DNA from: Prorocentrum cordatum
Lineage: Eukaryota
DNA length: 64,000 nucleotides
NCBI GenBank assembly: GCA_963575745.1
Contig: CAUYUJ010000226.1
Location: forward strand, 1-64,000
Direction: 5' to 3'
Numbering within the stretch: position 1 is the first letter of the stretch; every line of letters begins with the position of its first letter. This document shows positions 22,302 to 33,256 of the stretch, in pieces. The position numbers and the translations under genes were made by a program. A model generated the notes under the pieces. That model was not told where the DNA came from, searched no databases, and worked only from the letters and a program-made list of their open reading frames with translations.

Positions 22302-25300
22302 ATCGACCTTGGGGACGTGCTGGGGGACGTGCTTGGCATCGACAATCTCGAGGGAGTGGAGCTCAGCGAATCGGACCGCCTTATCCCAGAAGGCTTTGTC
22401 ACTACGCTCAAGACCAGTATCAAAGAGCAGACAAAGGCCTTGTTGGCTACAGCAATCGAAAAGGCTTCCGCCATCAAGGGTGAACACGCTGAGCTTCTCA
22501 CCATATTGGCAAAGAAGAAACGAAAGACTGAGGGATGACCAACGGCAGGTGGGGGCTCCGAGGGACCTAAGTCTGGGGAGGCGGCGGCTGCGGGGCCACC
22601 CCTTGTCCCTGAAAGTGCCAGTCCCCCCTGCTCCCGAGGCCTCTCCCCCTTCCACTGGATCTGCGGGTGTGGCCCCCGCTCCCAGGGATGCTTCAGCACT
22701 CACGTCCAGGGCCGCAGAGATCGGCAAGTCCTCAAGTGAGGGCGGCGGAGCAAAGTGTTCCTAGTGGGGCTGTAAGCCCAGATGCTTGTCTTGCACCAGT
22801 TGCAGGAAGCAGTCTTTTTGGGGAGCGCTGGCTTCGTTAGTCTTTCGAGCACGCCAAATTTTTACACCCAGCTCCTCGGAGCCCTGCCTGCAAGACAGAG
22901 GTCCAAACAGTTCCCTAGGTGTTGTTGTAGGCCCCACTTGTTCGGCTCCCAGCGGGACCGGTTTTGTTCAGTCCTCGGTGGTTGGAACCCCAGGGTCCGC
23001 GGGGTTTTCTTTAGTTGCCACGGCCGACGTCACTGGCTGGGGCTCGGGCCAGGTGTGGCTCACTCAGACCACCGCCACCGCTGTTCTTCTGCAGGAGCAC
23101 CATCAGAAGTCTCCTGAAAACCTCGCGCAAGCCACGGCCTGGGCCCTCCGACACGGGTGGCGATCTCTTTGGATGGCGGCCCTTCTTGGGGAAAATGGCG
23201 GCTCTCGTGGAGGCACGACGATTCTGGTCTGCTCGTTCTTTGGGCTTCATTCATTGGGAAAGACAGGTCTCCATGAAGGCAGGGCTCGAGGATGAGTAGT
23301 GCAGCTTCCAGGTGGCGCCAGTATCGCGGCATGCAGTATCTATCTGTTGCGCGGAATTGGACTGTCTGGGCCCGACGTATCTGTGCTGCGCAACGCGGGT
23401 GAGTTCGTAACGTCTTCTGGTTTGCCATGGGCCATCGGAGGCGACTTGAATTTCGAACCAACGTCCCTACACGACAGCGGCTTCCTACTGGCCCCACCTG
23501 TTCTGACGTGCTTCACTACGGGAGGCATGCGATTGAATGAATATTTTGTAGCCAGCCGCGGGCTCAGCCAGACGGTGAAATCGATCAACTTGGATGGGGG
23601 GCCGGATCTCACCCCCCACACCCCGCCCCTCCTTACGATGTTCCCTCAGATCGCCCCCCTGGGAGCCATGGCTTTCCAGAGGCCGCCTCGGATTCGCCTC
23701 GATCGTCTACCCGTGCTCGAGCCTCCCAATTATGATCCAGTGAGGGCTGATCATAATGAGGTGTTGGGACAAGGCAGACGGGGAAAGGGCAAGGCTACGC
23801 AGGATGGTCTCAACCACGCTTACAAGGCTTGGGCGGACAAGGCTGACGTTGAGCTTTGTAGAGTTGCCGACGTTGAACTCCCTCGCACGGTCCTCAGGGG
23901 GCTCCAGCCTAAACTCGTTGGGACAAATCTTTTCGAGGCTGACATGAGTGGAGCTCGCCGCCCCGACCTCTACTCCATTCGCTGGCTCCACTCGAAATTC
24001 CATAGCGTTGTTTCGGCTCTCCAGGGGTTGGCGGAGTCGGGTCCCCATGGTGGCGCGGTCGCGCGCAGCGACATCGGTTTCTGTTGTCAGGCGTTTGCCT
24101 CGGGGGGGCCGGAGAGGCCCGCTCGGCGCGCCTCGCAGTCGTCACAATTTGTCGGACATCAGGTCCAGCAGGGGGGGGGGGGGCGGCCACTCCCTGCGCC
24201 CTGCTCGTGTCAGGACGGGCGCTTCTTGCTGCCCCGATGCAGGTGCCGCGAGGGCAAGGCGAGCAACGCGCCCTTTTTGACGAGGCCCTTGCCCTCGCAC
24301 GCGCGCCCCTCGGAGACGACTCCGCTGTGCAAGCTGAGGAGTTGGCCGAGCGTAATTCTGGCAGCGTGGAGTCGGCGACCGCGATTCCCGGGCAGAGAGG
24401 CCGCGAAGCTTGGAGCGAGTGGTTTAAAAAAAAAGGCGATCGAAAAGGGGGCTAAGAGAGTGCACGTGGACACCTCCACTCCTGAGGCCTGGGCGGCCAC
24501 GGCGGTTTTGGCGGACGACCTCGCAGTGGTCTCCGGCCTTATCTCGGTTCTGTCTAGCGAGGCCAGTCGCTTCAAAGCTTTGCGGGGAGCGGGCGCGCAG
24601 CCCCCCCCCCGAGGTTTCCGATTTCATCACCGCTCCTGACATCGATTTCCCCAGGGTTTCGGACGTGAGAGAATTCAGCAAAAGATGCAGAATTGGTTCG
24701 GCGGTCAGCACCGATGTTTTTTTTTTTGGTTTTCACATGCGGCAGTTTAGCTGGCTGTCTGACCAGGCGCTCAAGACCCTCCTGGCAATTTTTAATGCGA
24801 TGGAAGTTTCGAGCCGCATTCCTGCCCAGGTCCACTTGGTCGCGGCCATGCTGCTTCCGAAACCTGTGGGGGGTTTCGCCCCATTGGGGATGATTGTGGC
24901 CCGTTTCGGCTTTGGGGGAGGGCCCGTAGACCGCTGGCGGTCGAGCGGGGGCGGGCCCGCCCTAGGCCCTGGCGCGGCTGGGAGGTGCACGGGCGCGTCT
25001 GACACGGCGTGGCGGCAAACTCGTCTCAGCGAAGCAGGGGCTGCTGCTGGCCAAGTTGCAGCCACGCTGTTGCGGGGTTTCTATAAGTACTACGAGACTC
25101 TGTTTATCGAGCAAGTGCTCGATAGATGCTTCAAGTTAGGGTTTCCAATGTTGGTGGCCAGGTTGGCGTGGTAAGGTTATCGTGGTCCCCGTCATGTCAG
25201 TCTGTAGGGCATTATGCGTGCTCCCGTGTATGCCTTGAGGGGTGTTGTGGCAGGATGCCCTTTCGCCACTACCTTTATCCGTGTCACCTCCCTTGAAGGT

Positions 25301-26947
25301 CTGGGCGCCATCACCTGGCGCCCCTTCGTGCGCTACAGTCTTAATATTGACGACCATGGCATTCATGCGGTTGGCTGCTATCAGGATGTCCTCACTGGGG
25401 CGATCCAAGGATCCCAGCAGCTGGCGCGAGTGATCAGCGGGGATATCGGCGCCTCGTTGTCGGAAGACAACGCGGCCCTTTTGGTTCCCAACAAGGCCCT
25501 GGGAAAGGGCACCCATGATGTTTTGGGCCCTGCTTTGACGGGGCCGATCGTGCAAGCTGCTGTCAACCATGGGGTTGACGATTCGGCTGGGCTTCCTCAA
25601 AGGCACCGTGGAAAGCACAAAAGCCAAGCAGCGTGAGATTTCGTTGGCGGCTAGATCCCGACGATTTGGCAACGTGGTCAGGTTCTGTCGGGGGGGGGGG
25701 CTAGAAACGCGCGGGTGGCTGGCCCCCTTCCTGCGGCCACGCATTGGGCCGATTCTTTTGGAGTTTCTGACGCGGAAGTTTTCTCCTTGAGTCGTTCCTT
25801 CGCGTCTGTTTTACAGCCCTCGGCCGGTGATAGAAGGCTGTCCATCATGCCCCTGCCCGAGCAGGGCCCCGCCTGGATGGCCCAGGCGGCCCCGATCATT
25901 AGATGGCGCAGGGAAGTTTGGAATACCCAGCTCGGGGTTCATCTTTCTACGTTTCCTTTTCAGCTTCGGGACTGCTGGGGGCACATGTCTGGGGAGCGTC
26001 TCCGAACTTGGTGTAGTGTTTCTGGCCCTGGGTCCGCGATGCGAAAATCTATTGAGCACCTGGGATGGCAACTGCCAAATTTCTGCACCTTGATCACGGA
26101 TCGAGGCTATGAAATTTCGATGGTCCTACAGTCTCCAGCGATGCTCTGCTTGCAGTTGCGCGATGCCGTGTTCCGCATGCTTGATTGAGCTCGGCGTCGG
26201 GGTCAAGCATCACTTTCCCTGCAGAGCTTGTTTCGATGTGGTGATGAAGCACCTTGCGTCGAGGCGATTTTCGCCCCTGGAGAGGGAACCCTGAGAGCGG
26301 CGAGCACTGGTGCGATTTGGAGTAGGTTGTACGCCACCAGTCGAGGATGCTAGCATTCGGACCTGTGTCCATTGGGATGTGGGTGTAGATTAACGGAAGT
26401 GTCCGAAACTGGCTGGTCTTCGTTCTGATGTTGTCGATCAGGAAGTGCCGGATGGAATCGATCATTTCGCGACCGACAGATCCTTGCTTTTCGCTGTCAC
26501 TCGGGGAGGCCTGCCACATCCAGGAGATTATTTCCCCGCCCCCCCTGACGGAAGGGCCCCGGACCGTGAAATGGTTTGCCGAGGAGCCCCCCGACCCTTA
26601 TGTTAGCCAGGGCCATTTTCTTATTGACGGGTCCTGCCGTAGGCATACTATAAATGAGCTGAGCAGAGCCGCTCGGGCTTGCGCTTCATTCGAGAATGGA
26701 GTTCCACAGTGTGAAATGCGTTGTCCTGTCCGCGCGCACTTGCCTCAGACCCCGCAGTGTGCCGAGTTGTCGGGGTTCACGGGTGCCGCCAGGCTCCTCG
26801 GGGGCCTCGTCGGACCTTCTTGCGTTGACTGTATGAATGTTCGGCAGCAGTGCATTGTTCCACTAGGTGCCCTGTCGGACTATAGGCGTGTCTACGCGGG
26901 TCACGTGGTCCAAGCCAGGTACGACGATGGTGTTAAGCACATCCAGT
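22302..26947 (+). mobile_element. Degenerate non-LTR retrotransposon (LINE): ORF1-like coiled-coil remnant, APE endonuclease, reverse transcriptase, RNase H
   Basis: APE motifs LLQEHH (~23092), GWRS, SIYL, GGDLN (~23440) and EYFVAS. RT motifs LLPKPVGGF.PLG, FYKYYE, RGVVAGCPFAT and NIDD (25343). RNase H motifs FLIDGS (~26626), PQTPQCAEL and VDC. It carries in-frame stops (23293, 25172) and frameshifts, and is cut by the assembly gap. Confidence 0.9.
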
Positions 26948-27047
26948 NNNNNNNNNNNNNNNNNNNNNNNNNNNNNNNNNNNNNNNNNNNNNNNNNNNNN
27001 NNNNNNNNNNNNNNNNNNNNNNNNNNNNNNNNNNNNNNNNNNNNNNN
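26948..27047. other. Assembly gap (100 N)
   Basis: Run of N. Confidence 1.
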
Positions 27048-27164
27048 TCCTCGCCCTCCTCCTCCATTCTCTTTCCTTCTGATGATTTCTCCCTGTCGCA
27101 CCCCGAGGCCAGTCTTGAGGGCGGGCCGGGCGTTTCGCCCGAGACATCCTCACCGCCTATGGCT

Positions 27165-29535
27165 CTGAAGCTTCAAAGTGGCAACAGTTCACAGATAGAG
27201 GGCGGGCAGTTCTGAAATGTGGCTCTCGCCTTAGCGCGGCGCACGTTCCTTTTCAAACATTTGCAACGGCGTCAAGGATTGAGGGCGGGTGGTGTTCAAA
27301 ATGTGGCTCTCGCTTTAGCGCGGCGCGCATTCGTTTTGGAAATTCGCCAACGATTCAAGAATTGAGGGCGAGTTGTTTTCAGAATGTGGTTCTCGCCTGA
27401 GCGCGGCAAACATTCGTTTTTAACATGTGCAAGAGTTTCACGGATTGAGGGCGGCTTCTTTTCAAAATGTGGTTCTCGCTTCAGCGCCGCGTACATTCGT
27501 TTACAACATGTTCAAGAGTTTCACGGATTCCCATCACCAACGTATCAGAAATTGTGTTTTGGAAGGATTATGGACCTATGCGGGTGCAACGGTCACGTTA
27601 AATCTCTGTGTTGAAGTTCCAGGAATGGCGTTCTGGCACGATTCAGGGTCGTCAAGACGCAACAGTCAGGTTGATCCGTGGCGTTGGAATCCCGAGAACA
27701 ATGCTTTGGCATATTGAATCGCTTCGCTCATTCCGCCGGCCCGTATTGTGCCATCGCGGGGTCTTGGGGGTCTTGGGAACCCTTGGAAGCTTCGTGGGAG
27801 CTTCTTGGGAACTTTGGGAGGCCTCGTGGATGGCTCTGGGTGGGCCCTGTTGGTGGTCTCTTGGGGGGGTCTGCCTGGCCTCTTGGGGGCCTCCTGGGAG
27901 CTTCCTGGGGGTCTCTTGGGGGCCTCTTGGGGCTTTCTTGCGGCCTGTTGGGGGCCTCTTGGGGCTCTCTTGGGGGCTTCGTGGGGCTACTTGGGGGCTT
28001 GTAGGGGCATTTCGGGGGCGTGTTTGCGCGGGAGGTTTCAAAATTTCCGTTCAGGTTGCCCCTGTGGACCTCAATCATGGGGCCATCTTGGGGCCTCTTG
28101 GACCGTCTTGGGGGTTCCTTGGGCCTCCTTGGAGCGCTCTTGGGCCGTCTTTGAGAAGTCTTGAGGGTCTCTCGGGCCGTTTTGGGGTGATCTTGGGGGC
28201 CTCTTGGACCGCCTTGAAAGGTGTGAAAAACGAAGAGGCGGATATGTTAAAAATGCACGTTTTCCTAAGGGAATGGGACGATTTTTGCTTGAGGGAGCCC
28301 TCTTGGGACGCCGCTTAGGGACCTCTTGGGGCGTCTTGAAGGCCTGTTGGGCCGTCTTGAGGCCATCGTAGGCGTTTGGGGTGATATTTCGGCGTCTCCC
28401 GGCTCTCTTGGACCGTCTGGAGGGCTTCTCGGGCCCCTCTTGGACCGATTTGGAGCCCTCCTGGGCTCCGAAAAAGAGTTCTTGAGGGTTTCTTGGGCCT
28501 TCTTGGAGCGCTCTTGGGCCGTCTTTGAGCGGTCTAGAGGGTCTCTCGGGCCGTCTTGGGGTGATCTTGGGGGCCTCTTGGACCGCCTTGAAAGGTGTGA
28601 AAGACGAAGAGGCGGATATGTTAAAAATGCACGTTTTCCTAAGGGAATGGGACGATTTTTGCTAGTGGGAGCCCTCTTGGGACGCCGCTTAGGGACCTCT
28701 TAGGGACCTCTTGGGGCGTCTTGAAGGCCTGTTGGGCCGTCTTGAGGCCATCGTAGGCGCTTGGGGGTGATATTTCGGCGTCTCCCGGCTCTCTTGGACC
28801 GTCTGGAGGGCTTCTCGGGCCCCTCTTGGACCGATTTGGAGCCCTCCTGGGCTCCGAAAAAGAGTTCTTGAGGGTCTTGGGCCTTCTTGGAGCGCTCTTG
28901 GGCCGTCTTTGAGCGGTCTTGAGGGTCTCTCGGGCCGTCTTGGGGTGATCTTGGGGGCCTCTTGGACCGCCTTGAAAGGTGTGAAAGACGAAGAGGCGGA
29001 TATCTTATAAATGCACGTTTTCCTAAGGGAATGGGACGATTTTTGCTTGTGGGAGCCCTCTTGGGGCGTCGCCTAGGGACCTCTTGGGGCGTCTTGAAGG
29101 CCTGTTGGGCCGTCTTGAGGCCATCGCAGGCGTTTTGGAGTGATATTTCGGCGTCTCCCGGCTCTCTTGGACCGTCTGGAGGGCTTCTCGGGCCTCTCTT
29201 GGACCGTTTGGATCCCTCCTGGGCTCCGAAAAGGGACCTTGCCGGGAGTCAGTCTGCCGGGAGTCTTCCGGGAGTCTGCCGGGACCTTGCCGGGACTTTG
29301 CCTGGGTACTTTTCGTCCGGGGACCCCCAGGGCCCGCCCCGCGCGCTCGAACTAGAAATATTGTTGAGCAGTTACCGGAGATCTTAACACGCCTCTGGCC
29401 CGTTGGGCCGGCGAATTTCAACGAGCCAGTTCCCTTACTAGACATGAACCGTTGTAGGGTCCTATGAAGAGGGAGCTCGGAGGGAGGGTTTACTCCAACA
29501 TCGTTGGTGACTCTTGGGTTTACACTGGTCCTCCT
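27165..29535 (-). mobile_element. Dispersed repeat family A, copy 3, interrupted by a CTCTTGG-family insertion
   Basis: The reverse complement of the family start motif lies at 29490-29535 and the body at 27165-27720, with four 83-84-bp subrepeats (27216, 27300, 27383, 27466). Confidence 0.7.
27760..29310. repeat. CTCTTGG-rich repeat with an internal ~375-385-bp triplication
   Basis: CCTTGAAAGGTGTGAAA.ACGAAGAGGCGGATAT...TTTCCTAAGGGAATGGGACGATTTTTGC occurs at ~28212, ~28586 and ~28970. Confidence 0.88.
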
Positions 29536-29850
29536 CCCCCTCTTACGCCTCCTTCTCCTCCTCCTCCTCCTCCTCCTCCTTCTCCTCCTCTCCTCCTCCT
29601 CCTCCTCCTCCTCCTCCTCCTCCCCCTCCTCCTCGTCCTCCTCCTCCTCCTCCTCCTCCTCCTCCTCCCCCTCCTCCCCCCCCCTCCTCTTGCCCCTTGG
29701 ACAAGTTCGGAGGGACACCCTGGACCACGGCCACCGAGAACCCATCGGTGGGCGACGGGTTCCTGCGGTGGCAGACGCCGGAGCGTTGCTGGCGGTACGG
29801 GGCGACGCTCGGCGTGCACCGCCCACGGGTCGGCCCCCCCACCCACGGGC

Positions 29851-30148
29851 TACTGGGATGACCGTGGGGGTTCCTAAGTGGATCGGGGGGGTTACAAGTG
29901 GATGCCAAGGTGGGTTATATCTGGCCCAACCTGGCTTATAAGTGGGTTACAAGTGCCCTAAATAGCTTAGGAGGGGTCGATAACTCGGCTAAGTGGGCGG
30001 AGCCCACCTAGCCCAGATCGTTAAACCCCCTAAGCTACTTAGGGCACTTGTAACCCACTTATAAGCCAGGTTGGGCCAGATATAACCCACCTTGGCATCC
30101 ACTTGAAACCCCCCTATCCACTTAGGAACCCCCACGGCCATCCCAGTA
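29851..30148. mobile_element. ~300-bp foldback (near-perfect palindrome) MITE flanked by TA
   Basis: TA-CTGGGATGACCGTGGGGGTTCCTAAGTGGAT... pairs with ...ATCCACTTAGGAACCCCCACGGCCATCCCAG-TA, and pairing continues to the centre GTGGGC-GGA-GCCCAC. Confidence 0.88.
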
Positions 30149-30529
30149 GGATGCAGCTCCTGGGAGGTGAAGTTCTGCATTGGCGCTGGCTTTTTCCCGC
30201 GGTCGATCGCCGGTGCAATCTGGGCAGGCTCGAGCCCGCTTTCTCCTGCTTGCTCCAGCCTGGCCCCAGGGAGGAGGGAGGAGGGAGGAGGAGGAGGGAG
30301 GGGGGAGGGAGAGGGAGGAGGGAGGAGGCTGGGGGAGGGAGGGGGAAGGGGGGAGGAGGGAGGAGGGAGCCAGGGAGGCCGCTCCTGCAATCCGGCAGGC
30401 TTAATCCCAGGTTTCGTCTGGCCTGATCTCGTGAAGTCGCCCGTCGAATCGGGCCTCCTCGACTCGAGCCAATCGAGCGGAGGCCTCCCAGGAGCTGCCT
30501 CCCGACATGGGTCCTCGGTGGTGGCGGTG

Positions 30530-30715
30530 GTACAGTGGAGGCCCATGCCAAGCGGACACCCTGCTTGCCTCCAGGGTGCCTTGGGCCTCGGTGGTCTTGC
30601 GAAGGAGAGCGTGGCGTTCCCACACCGAACATATCGAGGAACGACCTGTGGCCTCGGGGTTGGGTTTTTTTTTGTGGAAGGTCTCTTGTGGACTGGCCTC
30701 CACTGTATTGGTTTC
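30530..30715 (+). repeat. Dispersed repeat family B copy
   Basis: CAGTGGA..CCCATGCCAAG...CCTGCTTGCCTCCAGGGTGCC...CCCACACC is shared with 32245-32420, 49140-49410 and, more weakly, 9900-10110. Confidence 0.7.
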
Positions 30716-31614
30716 TCGTCTGAGAGGTGGGGAGCATCGCCCCTCTTCGGACGGGGCGAGGACGTGGACAGAGCGTTCTGGAACGCTCGCAGAGCGTCCC
30801 CGAATGCCCCGAGAAGGCCGCGGCGCCCGAGACAGCCTCCAGCGCCGCCAGATCCCAGAGATTCTCGATGTATCCTTCCCAGATGTTATCCTCGTCCTGG
30901 CTTCCTCTTATTCCCGGTGGTGGTGGTGGTGGTGGTGGTGGTGGTGGTGGTGGTGGTGGTGGTGGCCGCGCAAACCCTGGGCCCCTTCCGACCGCGCCGC
31001 CGTCGTGGCCCCAGGCAGGGGAGGATGCGCTTTGAGGGGGGGGCCGAGAAGCTCGGGGAGGGGGGGGGGGCGCCGCTCAGCCCCCCCCCTCCTGTCGCCC
31101 TCTCCTGATGCTGCTCCCTCCTCCCTCCTCGCTACTCCCTCCTCACCTTTTTCCTTCTTTCCTCTTCCTCCTCCTCCTCCCCCTCCCCCTCCCCCTCCTC
31201 CTCCGCCTCCTCCTCCTCCTCCTCCCTCTCCTCCTTCTTTTCCTCCTCCTCCTCCTCCTCCTTCCCTCCTCCTCCTCCTCCTCCTCCTCCCCTTTCTTTT
31301 CTCCTCGTCCTCCATCCTCTTCCTCCTCCCTCCTCCCTCTTCCTCGTTCTCCTCCTTCCTCCTCCTTTCCCTCCTCCTTCCCCCTCCTCCTTTCCGTCAT
31401 CCTCCTGCTGCTCCTCCTCCTCCTCCTCCACCATCCCCCTCCTTTCTGCGAGAACGCTGACATCAGCCGTGCGGCTGTTCGGCGACGACCTCCTTCTCCC
31501 CCCCCCTTCTGCATACCTCCTCTTCCACCCCCTCCTCCTCCTCCTCCTCCTCCTCCTCCTCCTCCTCCTCCTCCTCCTCCTCCTCCTCCCCTCCCGCCGC
31601 GCGCCCCCCTGGAG

Positions 31615-31676
31615 GCACCTACGGCACCCTCGAGGGGCCCCAGGAGGGCGCCGACCTCAAGCCGCCCGTCCTCCTG
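31615..31676 (+). CDS. EamA-like transporter exon (G-TYGTLEGPQEGADLKPPVLL)
   Basis: GAG acceptor, G|GC donor and very high GC3. It joins in phase 0 to VHLAL at 45446 to give the lead-in to TM1. Confidence 0.7.
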
Positions 31677-33204
31677 GCGGGGCGGGGCGCATCGTGGCGC
31701 GGCCGCGCCTGGCCGGCGGAGGGCCCCCAGCGGGTCGTCGTGCGCCGTCGCCGTGCCGCGCCGCCGTCGTCGTCGCAGCCAATAAGGGAGGGAGGAGGGA
31801 GGAGGGAGGAGGGAGGAGGGAGGAGGGAGGAGGGAGGAGAGGAGGAGGAGGGGAGGAGGAGGAGGAGGAGGACGGCAGCAGTAGTTCCAGTAGTAGCAGC
31901 AGTAGTAGCAGTGGATAAGACCGTGCTCGCCGTGGTACGAGCGCAGGAGGAGGAGGAGGAGGAGGAGGAGGAGGAGGAGGAGGAGGAGGAGGAGGCGGGG
32001 AAGCGCGCAGCGGAGGTCCGTGGCAAGAAGCACGCCGCTCTTGTCTCCAGGGCTCTGAACGCTCCACCGGGAGCGACCAGAGGAGTTGGGCCGCACGCAG
32101 GACGGCACAGCGACTTGACGCGGGGGGGGGGAGGAGGGGCGACGGAGACCTGTAGCAGAAGCATGCCTGCGCGATACGATGAACCGAACAGCGCCAACCA
32201 GGGCTTTGGACGCTCCGCCAGAGCGACCAGAAGAGATGGGCATTACAGTGCTGGAACGTGCCAAGAAACACCCTGCTTGCCTCCAAGGTGCCCTGGGTTT
32301 CTTGGGTTCCGATGGTTTTGCCATGGACAGCGTGACGTTCCCACGCCAAAAATGGATGGACGTCCTGGGGCCTCATGGTTGGGTTCTTGTGGGTGGTTTC
32401 TTGTGGACTGTCCTCAACTATAAGACTCGAGTGCGCTGGAACTCGGGTTTGCGGGTTTGCCGAGGCCTTTTGACGAGCGCGTCCTGGTTTTCGGAGGCTC
32501 AGTTTTCTCGTGACATTTGCACCTGGAATTCGCGTCAGATTCTGGACGGTGTCTCGTCACGTCTGTGTCATGACGGCCCCGTCAGGCCAACCCGAGTCCC
32601 CCGAACCCGACTCCGATGTCTCCCCGAAATGAGGGGGGGCGAGGATTGGGGAAGGAGTGGGAGTCATTAGCAAATCATGGAAGCCTCGTGTATCCTCGTA
32701 ATTTTGTCATTCGAGCGCACTGGCGCCGATTAGCGTCTGGTAGTCGAAGAGATAGCGCCGATCTAGCGTCGATTAGGGTCAGCGTCGGTGGGTATCGATT
32801 CGCAAGGGTCAAACATATGGTATGGGAGGCTCCCTTGGGTTTCCACCGAATGGGGGGAGGAGGAAGGGCCAGGAAGGGCAGGGGCAGGATGATAAAGCAT
32901 ATGCGCACATAGGTGTGTATACATATGGGCAACCAGCTGAAATCACGCCATACATATTCAAATCGCTGGATTCGCATGCGTACAACGCGAGAGGGAGACA
33001 GGGCGATACACGCATATCTATATACACACACATGTATAGAAAGCGAACGGAAATATAGAGAAAGTGAGAGAGATAGAGAGAGAGAGAGAGAGACAGGAAC
33101 GAAGATAACGATACCCATATGTGTACTGTAGACAGAGGTACATAGAGAGAGAGAGAGAGACAGAGAGAGAGAGAAAAACAACCAGATTGAGGGAGGAACG
33201 CATA

Positions 33205-33256
<52 letters not shown>

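Noticed and set aside
23299..25636. Retron, group II intron or DGR reverse transcriptase system
   Set aside because: The upstream APE domain and downstream RNase H identify a LINE, and the frame is broken.
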